From Actinomycetota bacterium (lineage in GTDB: Bacteria > Actinomycetota > CADDZG01 > WHSQ01), in the NCBI GenBank assembly GCA_036258555.1, contig DATADL010000250.1, positions 1,226-65,225 of the forward strand: a DNA stretch of 64,000 bases, read 5' to 3'. The notes under the pieces are model-generated. The model was not told where the DNA came from and did no database searches. It worked only from the letters and a program-made list of their open reading frames with translations. Made by a program: the position numbers and the translations under genes. Shown in pieces: positions 8,324 through 16,136 of the stretch (position 1 is the first letter of the stretch; every line of letters begins with the position of its first letter).

Positions 8324-9322
8324 ATGATGACGTCCCTCCACCGAGTGGCCACCGGGCTTGCGGTGTTGGTCGCGATCGTCGGAAGCGGCTGCGAGCCGGA
8401 CCGCCGGTCGATTTCGAGAGGCTCGCGAGAGCCGTCTCCCTTCGTCCGCGAACCGGAACCGCGTTGCAGCGACGAGCGCGTCCCCCACCGGAAACCTCAC
8501 GTCCGGGCGATGGCTTTCCCACGGGGGCCGGGGCCCGCCTACGTGGGTCTCGGAACGGGCGGCGTCGTGTACTACGCACGCGACGCGCGCGAGCACCGCG
8601 GCTGGTACTACAACAAGGTCCTGATCGGGATCTCGCCGGACTACCGCCTGGGCATGTCGGTCAACGGCCGGCGCCGGGACGGGCGCGAGATCGTGCGATG
8701 GCACAACGGTCGTTTCCCCGGCGAGCCGACCGTCGTGCTGGACATCCCCGCCGACGAAGGCGGAAGGGGGTGGCGCTTCGTGGCGGGAGACATCCTGATC
8801 CGCGCCCCGGGCTGCTACGTCATACGACTCGAGGGCAGCGACTTCCTGGAAGAGGTCCGCTTTCGGGCCGAACCGGCTCCGCGCTCCGGGATCCGGTGCC
8901 GCGCGCCGCGAGGCGCGTACGCGCCGGCGGTGACTCCTGCCGAGGGACCTGCCGGGTCCGAGGCGACGGTGTCCGGTCCGTTGCCCTTGTACGGCAAGTC
9001 CGGCCGCTATCGCGGTCCGGCAGGGAAGAAGGTCGAGCTGTGGTGGAACCTCGTCCCGAGTCGTTACACCACTGCCGTCTCGTTTGGATCCTCGTCTCCC
9101 GAACCACAAGCGGCACGCGACGGGAGGGCCCTCATGGTCGGGCGGACGCGTCTCCGGGGCGAGTGCAGGTTCGCGATCGATTTCGACGTCCCCGCGGTCG
9201 CGCCGGGCGCCTATCCGCTCGTCGCGATCGGTTACGGCGAACGCGGAGCGGCGAAGCTTCCACCGATGCGCTTTCGTGTGACGGCCGGCGGCGCAGAGCG
9301 CCCTCAGGGAGGAGGCGGCTGA
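8324..9322 (+). CDS. Lipoprotein of unknown function, probably co-transcribed with lanC (possible LanI-like immunity lipoprotein; speculative)
   Basis: Lipobox AIVGSGC after a hydrophobic N-terminus. Lies 45 nt downstream of lanC on the same strand. Confidence 0.65.
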   Translation: MMTSLHRVATGLAVLVAIVGSGCEPDRRSISRGSREPSPFVREPEPRCSDERVPHRKPHVRAMAFPRGPGPAYVGLGTGGVVYYARDAREHRGWYYNKVLIGISPDYRLGMSVNGRRRDGREIVRWHNGRFPGEPTVVLDIPADEGGRGWRFVAGDILIRAPGCYVIRLEGSDFLEEVRFRAEPAPRSGIRCRAPRGAYAPAVTPAEGPAGSEATVSGPLPLYGKSGRYRGPAGKKVELWWNLVPSRYTTAVSFGSSSPEPQAARDGRALMVGRTRLRGECRFAIDFDVPAVAPGAYPLVAIGYGERGAAKLPPMRFRVTAGGAERPQGGGG

Positions 9323-9504
9323 TCTCGGTCCGGCCTCACCGCGGCGGGAGGGACCCAAGCGAGCGGAACGATCGTTCGCCGGGAACGAGGTTGACCTCCC
9401 GGGACACGCAGCCGCCGTCGCGGTCCAGGGCGTCTCCACGTACGAGTGGCTGACAAAGGAAAGCCCCGCGAGTCTGTAGTCGCCGCGTAAGGGCGGGCCG
9501 TGAA

Positions 9505-10437
9505 CTATGCCGGGGATCGTCCGAGAAGTGCCGGCTCGGATGCCGCCGGCGCGGGTGATCCTTCGTCCCAGTTCTCCCACGTCTGGATCAGCCAGAAGAC
9601 AGCGAACAGCACGATCTCGTAGGCCTCGACGACGAACGTCTCGTGGTCGCCGCCGATCCCGAGGACGGTTATCGCGATCCCGCCGACCGGCATGAGGAAC
9701 GCGAGCACCGCGTAGAGCACGAAGTACGTGCGCGATTCGCCGTCGCGATTGGAGAGTGCCTTCGCGATCACGGCGCCCGTGAGGAAGACGAACATGAAGA
9801 GCGCCGCCAGACCGTGGACCTGCTTGTAGAACCCGCTCCAGGTCTCGATCAGCCACCACCCGAACGCCAGCGCTGCGGCGGTGAAGGCAAGCGACACCAG
9901 AGTTCCCGTGTCGACCGTCTGGATCGTCCCGCGGACCCCTCGATTCACGAAGAGCGCGACGACGGCCGCGATCGCGAGCCCGAAGGCGCCGGCAAGAAGA
10001 AGCGCGTCGAAGTTGTTCTCCACGTTCGCGATGACCCAGTCCGCGAGCTTCCCGTTCTGTATCGGCAGCGGGTTCGGCGGGATCGACCAGCACTTGCCGA
10101 CGCCGGTGATCGGGACGATGGCGACGACGGGGGCGAGCATGCCCGCGATGTTGAGGCACACGTCCTCGAACGAGGTGCGGCCCTTTATGACGATCAACGC
10201 CAGGCCGATGGCGATCAGCGCGCCGACGAATATCGCGCGCGCGGGCGTGTAGTAGTAGGCGCTGATCGACGTCTGCCAGCACCCGACCTTGTCGTGCTCG
10301 ATCGCGACCGCGGCCGCGAGGAAGAAGACCGCACCGACCATCCCGATACGGAGATAGCGATACGTCTTGATCGCGTCGTCTCGCGTCAGCCGTTCTGGAC
10401 CCTCGAACAGCGTCCTCACCGTCGTCCCCCTCCCCAC
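9505..10437 (-). CDS. Polytopic integral membrane protein, unknown function
   Basis: At least 7 hydrophobic segments. Coding-like composition. No recognised motif. Confidence 0.7.
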   Translation of the reverse strand: MGRGTTVRTLFEGPERLTRDDAIKTYRYLRIGMVGAVFFLAAAVAIEHDKVGCWQTSISAYYYTPARAIFVGALIAIGLALIVIKGRTSFEDVCLNIAGMLAPVVAIVPITGVGKCWSIPPNPLPIQNGKLADWVIANVENNFDALLLAGAFGLAIAAVVALFVNRGVRGTIQTVDTGTLVSLAFTAAALAFGWWLIETWSGFYKQVHGLAALFMFVFLTGAVIAKALSNRDGESRTYFVLYAVLAFLMPVGGIAITVLGIGGDHETFVVEAYEIVLFAVFWLIQTWENWDEGSPAPAASEPALLGRSPA

Positions 10438-10553
10438 GCGGCCCGCAGCGACTCGTGCCCCGGGCTCAGCCCGGCCCTTCGTAACACTCGGTCAGCCGGG
10501 TCGTCCAGGAACGCTCCGCAGTGCTAGACGACCGGGGGCAAACCGACGGCAGT

Positions 10554-11561
10554 TCAGCTCTTCTTCGCCCGGCTCCTGGAGACGCGCGGCGGCTCGTCCG
10601 GCTGCTTCGGGTAGACGGGCGGCCACGGCGCGTCCATGAGGCCGTTCGCCCGGTCACGCTCGTGCATCTCGAGGAACGGCTCCAGCGATTGCGGGCGCTC
10701 GTTCATGTCCAGCCACGGGTCCTCGCCGTCCGGCAGCCGCTCGGGCAGCGACGCGATCGTCAGCTCGTCGGGATGGACCTCGTCTACGTCCTCCCACCGG
10801 AGCGGCGTCGACACCTGGGCTCCCGGGCGCGCCCTCACGCACCAGGCCCCGAACACGGTCTTGTGAGGCGCGTTCTGGTTGAAGTCGACGAACACCCGCT
10901 CGCCGCGGTCCTCCTTCCACCACTGCGCCGTGACGACGTCGGGACGCCGCCGCTCGAGCTCGCGGGCGACGGCGACCGCCGCGGCACGGACCTGGTACGA
11001 GTCCCAGCGCGGCTCCAGCCGGACGTACACGTGCATCCCCTTGTTCCCCGTCGTCTTCGGGTAGCCGACGACGCCGAGCTCGTCGAGGAGACCCCGCAGC
11101 TCGTGTGCCGCCGCGCGTACGTGCGTGAAGTCCGTGCCGGGCTGTGGATCGAGGTCCAGCCGGAGCTCGTCCGCGACCTCCGGCTCGGCCGCGAGGTACG
11201 GCCACACGTGGAACCCGAGGCAGCCGAGGTTGACCGCCCACGCGACGTGCGCGAGATCGGCGGCGACGAGGGCACGCGACTGCGTCCCGTTCGGGGTGCT
11301 GACGATCGTCGTCTGCAACCATTCCGGTGCGGACTCGGGGATGCGCTTCTGGAAGAACGACGACCCGGTCGCGCCGTTCGGGAAGCGCTGCAGCAACAGG
11401 GGACGGCCCCCCATCGTGCGCATCAGCGGATCGGCGAAACGCAGGTAGTGCCGGACGAGGTCGAGCTTCGTGTCCCCGCGCTCCGGAAAGAACACCTTGT
11501 CGGGGCTGGTGATCCTTACCTCGCGGCCCCCGATGACCACTACCTCGCTCTCGCGCGCCAC
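10554..11561 (-). CDS. LigD-type polymerase/primase (PolDom, AEP superfamily) stand-alone protein for NHEJ
   Basis: Only the last 335 codons of track ORF 10554..13367 look coding. GTG start at 11561, 9 nt after the ligase stop. Contains VRITSPDKVFFP, FFQKR, PNG..S, GNKGMHVYV and VFVDFNQN, which are typical of LigD Pol domains. Confidence 0.85.
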   Translation of the reverse strand: MARESEVVVIGGREVRITSPDKVFFPERGDTKLDLVRHYLRFADPLMRTMGGRPLLLQRFPNGATGSSFFQKRIPESAPEWLQTTIVSTPNGTQSRALVAADLAHVAWAVNLGCLGFHVWPYLAAEPEVADELRLDLDPQPGTDFTHVRAAAHELRGLLDELGVVGYPKTTGNKGMHVYVRLEPRWDSYQVRAAAVAVARELERRRPDVVTAQWWKEDRGERVFVDFNQNAPHKTVFGAWCVRARPGAQVSTPLRWEDVDEVHPDELTIASLPERLPDGEDPWLDMNERPQSLEPFLEMHERDRANGLMDAPWPPVYPKQPDEPPRVSRSRAKKS

Positions 11562-11569
11562 GGCCCTCG

Positions 11570-13105
11570 TCAGCCCCTCGCGCTCGCCGGCAGGAGACGG
11601 CGGAGATCGTCGAGCGTGTCCGCTTCGTCGGCCCGCTTGTCCGGCCGGTACCGCTTCACCCGCGCGAAGCGGAGCGCGATCCCGCCGGGGTACCGCGTCG
11701 AGGTGTGGACGCCGTCCAGCGCGATCTCGACGACCAGCTCGGGCCGAACCAGGACCGCGATCCCCTCGCGCCCCACCTCGCGCTCGAGCAATGCGTTCGT
11801 CTGCCACCTGAGGAGGTCGTCGGTGAGGCCCTTGAAGCACTTCCCCACCATCGCGAACTCGTCCGTGCCGGGCACCCGTGCACCGAGGTGAAGGTTGGAG
11901 AGCCATCCCTGCCGGCGGCCGTGCCCCCACTCCGCACCGAGCACGACGAGGTCGTAAGTCTGCACGGGCTTCACCTTCCGCCACGCCTTGCCGCGACGAC
12001 CTGCGGCGTACGGCGAGGCGGCGTCCTTCACCACGACGCCCTCGTGCCCCGCCTGCAGCGCGTCGTCGAGCACGCGCTGGGCCTCGCCCGGATCGGACGT
12101 GAGCACCGACGGGATCCTGAGCTCCGGTGCGAGCGCGTCGAGCCTCGCCGCGCGGTCCGCGAGCGGCGTGTCGAGCAGGTCCTCGCCGTCGACGTGGAGG
12201 AGGTCGAAGACGAACGTCACGACCCCCTCCGGGGGCGCGTCGGCGTCGATGCGGGACATCGTCTCCTGGAACGGCGCGGGTCCCCCCACGTCCATCCACA
12301 GCGCCTCTCCGTCCAGGACGACCTGGCTGACGGGAAGCCGCCTCACGGCGTCGGCTATGCCCCCCAGCGCGTGAGTGATGTCGTTCAGGTTGCGCGTGTA
12401 GATGCGGACGTCTTCGTCGCGACGATGGATCTGGATGCGGATGCCGTCGAGCTTCCACTCGACCGACGCGCGTTCGAAGCCGGCAACGGCCTCGCCCACG
12501 CCGGCGGCGGACGAGGCGAGCATGGGCAGGATCGGACGGAAGATCTCGAACCCGACGGCGCGGAGCCCCGCCTCGCCCTCCGTGAGCGCGACCGCGGCCG
12601 TGCGCGGGACGTCGCCCGAGAGCATCGACGCCCGCCGGACGACGTCGGCCGCCACCCCCGCCGCCGACGCGATCCCCTCGAGCATCAATCCGGTGAGGGC
12701 CCCCTGTCGGAGCTCGCCGGTGAACAGCCGCCTCAGGAAGCCGGACTCCGCCTCGGTCGCGCGACCGAACAGGTCCTCGACGATCTGCCGGCGAAGCCCT
12801 GCGGAGCCTGCGCCGGTCGCTTCCTGCACCGCCGTGATCGCGCGGTCGACGTCGTGGACCGCGAGCGACGCCGCGGAGGCGGGCGGTGCGTCGATCCCGT
12901 AGGCGAGCGCGTAGCCCACGCCGACGCGTCCCTGTCGCGGCACGCCGGACAGGAAGCCGACCGCGATCGGGACCTCGTCCGCGTCGAGCCTCCGCAGGAG
13001 ATCCGCGAGGGTCGCGACCTTCCGGGAACGCGACGCAGTCCGCGCGAGCTCGTCGGACGCGGCGACGACCTCGGCGAACAACGTCATCGCCGGAAAATAC
13101 GGCAT
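11570..13105 (-). CDS. ATP-dependent DNA ligase (three-domain Lig1/LigB-like: DNA-binding, adenylation and OB domains)
   Basis: Adenylation motif I EWKLDGIR, plus VLDGEAL, EGVVVK and WRKVKP motifs. An alternative ATG lies at 13087. Confidence 0.85.
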   Translation of the reverse strand: MPYFPAMTLFAEVVAASDELARTASRSRKVATLADLLRRLDADEVPIAVGFLSGVPRQGRVGVGYALAYGIDAPPASAASLAVHDVDRAITAVQEATGAGSAGLRRQIVEDLFGRATEAESGFLRRLFTGELRQGALTGLMLEGIASAAGVAADVVRRASMLSGDVPRTAAVALTEGEAGLRAVGFEIFRPILPMLASSAAGVGEAVAGFERASVEWKLDGIRIQIHRRDEDVRIYTRNLNDITHALGGIADAVRRLPVSQVVLDGEALWMDVGGPAPFQETMSRIDADAPPEGVVTFVFDLLHVDGEDLLDTPLADRAARLDALAPELRIPSVLTSDPGEAQRVLDDALQAGHEGVVVKDAASPYAAGRRGKAWRKVKPVQTYDLVVLGAEWGHGRRQGWLSNLHLGARVPGTDEFAMVGKCFKGLTDDLLRWQTNALLEREVGREGIAVLVRPELVVEIALDGVHTSTRYPGGIALRFARVKRYRPDKRADEADTLDDLRRLLPASARG

Positions 13106-13170
13106 CGCCCAGACGCTCTCTCGCGAGTCGGGTGCGGATCCGAGCGCGGGTTCCGCGGTACACCAGTGCG

Positions 13171-13800
13171 ATGAGGCGGTACTGGGCGGTAGCAGGCGTC
13201 ACGTTCGCGGCGTTCACGGTCGTCTTCGTCGCCGTCGAGGCGGCCGGGGTCTCGCTCCTGACCGACCCGCGGTCGGCGATGGACGGCGGCGGGTGGGCCG
13301 CCGGAGCGATCGGCGTCTCGCTCCTCGCGGTCGACGCCTTGCTGCCCGTCCCGTCGAGCGTGGTCATGGTCCTGCACGGAGCGCTCTACGGAGCCGTCGC
13401 GGGCGCGGCCCTCAGCCTCGCCGGCAGGATCGCGGCCGCCGCCGTCGGGTTCGCCCTCGGACGGCGCGGGGGCCCGGCCGTCGACCGGTACGTGGGCGCC
13501 GGCGAGCGTCTGCGTTCGCAAGAGCTCCTGGACCGCTGGGGCGTCCTCGGGATCGTCGCGTCTCGCCCGGTGCCCCTGGTCGCGGAGACGGTGATGGTCC
13601 TCGCGGGCGCGGCGCGCATGCCCTGGGGCGCGGCGCTCGCGGCCGCCGTCGCGGGCTCGCTCCCCGAGGTCGTCGTCTATGCGCTTGCAGGGTCCGTCGC
13701 GGCGAGCTTCGGCAACACGGCCGCAATCTTCCTCTCGCTGCTGGCGGTCGTCGCCGTCGCGTGGGTCGTCGTCGAGAGAAGAGCCCGCGTCCGGGCCTAG
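13171..13800 (+). CDS. DedA/VTT (SNARE-associated) family membrane protein
   Basis: Only the distal 209 codons of ORF 12886..13800 look coding (ATG at 13171). Hydrophobic, with the LLPVPSS..V motif typical of DedA. Confidence 0.65.
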   Translation: MRRYWAVAGVTFAAFTVVFVAVEAAGVSLLTDPRSAMDGGGWAAGAIGVSLLAVDALLPVPSSVVMVLHGALYGAVAGAALSLAGRIAAAAVGFALGRRGGPAVDRYVGAGERLRSQELLDRWGVLGIVASRPVPLVAETVMVLAGAARMPWGAALAAAVAGSLPEVVVYALAGSVAASFGNTAAIFLSLLAVVAVAWVVVERRARVRA

Positions 13801-14726
13801 CCCGGCTCGAACGGGATCGACAGGTCCCCGCGCATGTAGCCGACCATGAGGTCCCCGTCCCAGCCTCCGAACCAGAACCGCACGTGCCAGGGCTGGTCGA
13901 CCGCAGCCTCGCCCCCGAGGTCACCCTCGACGCTCTGAGGCCCGTTGACGTCGAACTCCCACGCGAGGCGGAAGCCGAGCTTGTTGATCACCCGGTCGCC
14001 CCAGAACTCGAGCTGGTAGAGGCGCGACGTCGCCTCCTGGATCGCCTGCTCGACGTCACGGCCTTTGGCCCTCTCGGCCTGCAGCCGCGCGATCTCGTCC
14101 TGGAGGAACGCGCGCCGGCCGCGGAAGTACGCGTAGCCGTCGAAGACCGATATCGCCTGCATCGCCTCGAGCGAGCTCCCGTCGAACGACACCGGAAGAC
14201 GCCGCGCGTAGGTCGCCGGGTCCGCGATCTCCCACAGCTGCTGGTCCGGCTTCGCGGGGTTCACGTAGTCCACGGCCCGCAGCGACAGCAGCGACCCCCC
14301 GTCCGCGGTCTGCTTGTCGAGCGCGAGCTCGAACGGCGCGATCACGAACGCCATGGTGTCGTCCGAGCCGATGACGTTGTTGCGGCTGACGAACACGGGC
14401 CCCGAGAAGACGTCGCCGCGCCCGAGGAGCCGGACGTGCGCGCCGAGCAGGTTCGGCGACCCCGTCCACGGCTTCCCGTCGAACGTGACGGACGTGACGT
14501 CCACGCCGACGGATATCCCGATCTTGTCTGCGGGCGCGCGCAGGTTCTTCCGCACGTAGTCGTCGGGCTGCAGACGGATCACCTGGTCGAGTGGGTCCTC
14601 GCTCGGCAGCGCCATCGTGTACCCGCTGCGGCCGCGGGGCTCGTTCGTCGGATCCGGGTCGACCGCGATGCGGCACATGAAGTAGCCCTGGAAGCGTGCG
14701 GTCAGCAACTTGGCAGGTGCGGTCAT
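13797..14726 (-). CDS. Hypothetical protein (309 aa), last gene of the VioB-like/ferritin-like operon
   Basis: GAGGGGG RBS. Starts 10 nt after the upstream stop. No motif recognised. The N-terminal ARFQGYF...DPDP weakly echoes the N-terminus of the 902-aa protein. Confidence 0.7.
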   Translation of the reverse strand: MTAPAKLLTARFQGYFMCRIAVDPDPTNEPRGRSGYTMALPSEDPLDQVIRLQPDDYVRKNLRAPADKIGISVGVDVTSVTFDGKPWTGSPNLLGAHVRLLGRGDVFSGPVFVSRNNVIGSDDTMAFVIAPFELALDKQTADGGSLLSLRAVDYVNPAKPDQQLWEIADPATYARRLPVSFDGSSLEAMQAISVFDGYAYFRGRRAFLQDEIARLQAERAKGRDVEQAIQEATSRLYQLEFWGDRVINKLGFRLAWEFDVNGPQSVEGDLGGEAAVDQPWHVRFWFGGWDGDLMVGYMRGDLSIPFEPG

Positions 14727-14736
14727 CGCGGCCCCC

Positions 14737-16116
14737 TCAAGTCGACACGAACTTCGGATAGGCGCCGGCCTGGTAGATCTGGCGCAGGTTGAGCCCGATG
14801 CGATGGCTCGTCTGCCGGATGTACTCGAGCGACGAGCGCGTCTGGGGGTCCGGAGCGGCGGCGACGAGCCGCGCGATGCGCGCCGTCAGCTCCTCCCAGC
14901 GCGTGAGCATGGTCCGGATGTCGCCCAGCTTGGCGTCGAGCGGGTTCGCCAGCAGCGCCTGGTCACCTTCCGGGATGAAGTAGCTGGAGCCGACGCTGTA
15001 TTCGCTCCCCCGGTCGATCGGCAGCTCGACGAGGACCTCGTTCAGCGGCCGGATGATCATCGTCATCGCCGGGGCGAACGCCATCTGGCTGAGCGCCGTC
15101 GCGAAGTGCGGGTAACGGTCCTGGGACGCGGGGACCGCACGCGCGTACAGGCCTGCGAGCATTAGCAGCAGCACCACGTACGCGTCGTTCGCGGTGTCGA
15201 AGAGCTCGCGTACGAATCCGTCGCGGATGTCGCCGGAGAGCGGGTTCGTCATCAGCTTGTACGCAGGGTCGAATCCGCGATCGGCGGTCAGGAGCCGCTG
15301 ATACTCGTAGTAGATCTCCATGAAGCGGCGGAAGTGGCTGTCGAGGTTCCAGGGATCGCCGAGACCCTCGCCCTGCTTCAGGATCAGGTCCACCGCGGCG
15401 AGGGCCGAAGCGCGGTCCGTCACCGGGAAGACGAAGACGTTGTACTCGACCGGGATCTCGACCTCGGCCGGGTCGGTCACGAAGATGCCGTCGAGCGTGC
15501 GGAACGCGTCGGCGATCGCCTCGTAGAGCTCCTGCACGTTCCCCGCGGCGATCTCCATGTGCTCGTTCCGGTCGGCGTGCAGCCGCGCCGGCAACGTCTT
15601 CGGCTCGTCCTCTTGCTCCAGGCGGAAGCCGGCCGCATCGGGGCAGTCGAAGCACCAGAACGGATCGACGCCGTGCGGGAGGTCCGCGTACGGAGGGCTC
15701 TCGCCGCATACGAATCGTGCGACCGTTCTCACCGAGAAACGGTTGAAGGCGTACCGCAGCGAGATCGGCACGAGGTCGCCCTCGCTCGCCTCCCGAGCGA
15801 GGGTCGCCGCGCTGAAGTACGGCGACTGCAGGCCCTCCTTGCCGATGTTCTCGCGGTTGAAGTGAGGCGGGGCGCCGATCGCGGTGAGCATCTCGTTGAC
15901 GAACGAGAGGTGCTCCATCTCTTGGCGGGCGATCATGAACAGCGTCGAGGACCAGCGCCGGACGTGCTCGTACTGGGCGGGCGTGCACTTTCCGGGCATG
16001 GGATCGCGCCGCAGAGAGAACCCGGCGTACAGGTACTGGACCATCAGCTGGTGCTCGACGTCGCCTGCGTCCATGAGAGCGTCGACGAGCTGCTCCCGCG
16101 TCCGGATCGGATCCAT
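14737..16116 (-). CDS. Ferritin-like domain protein (VioB/RebD-type four-helix-bundle family), 459 aa
   Basis: The real start is the ATG at 16116 (GGGAG RBS); the rest of track ORF 14737..18348 is a shadow frame. Motifs GDVEHQLMVQYLYAGFSL and QEMEHLSFVNEMLTAIGA give a paired xEH / EMxH metal-site pattern. Confidence 0.8.
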   Translation of the reverse strand: MDPIRTREQLVDALMDAGDVEHQLMVQYLYAGFSLRRDPMPGKCTPAQYEHVRRWSSTLFMIARQEMEHLSFVNEMLTAIGAPPHFNRENIGKEGLQSPYFSAATLAREASEGDLVPISLRYAFNRFSVRTVARFVCGESPPYADLPHGVDPFWCFDCPDAAGFRLEQEDEPKTLPARLHADRNEHMEIAAGNVQELYEAIADAFRTLDGIFVTDPAEVEIPVEYNVFVFPVTDRASALAAVDLILKQGEGLGDPWNLDSHFRRFMEIYYEYQRLLTADRGFDPAYKLMTNPLSGDIRDGFVRELFDTANDAYVVLLLMLAGLYARAVPASQDRYPHFATALSQMAFAPAMTMIIRPLNEVLVELPIDRGSEYSVGSSYFIPEGDQALLANPLDAKLGDIRTMLTRWEELTARIARLVAAAPDPQTRSSLEYIRQTSHRIGLNLRQIYQAGAYPKFVST

Positions 16117-16136
16117 CGTTCTCCCTTCTTCGGGGC

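Noticed and set aside
7871-10282. 803-aa minus-strand ORF
   Set aside because: It has an Arg/Pro/Gly/Asp-rich low-complexity translation typical of off-frame reading in GC-rich DNA. It is antisense to LanC and the lipoprotein gene, which have real motifs, and is out of frame (same strand) with the 9505..10437 membrane-protein gene it overlaps.
11562-13367. Upstream 600 codons of the 937-aa ORF, which would make a fused LigD
   Set aside because: The translation there is Arg/Gly/Pro junk in a different frame from the genuine ligase (11570..13105). The Pol domain starts at its own GTG after the ligase stop.
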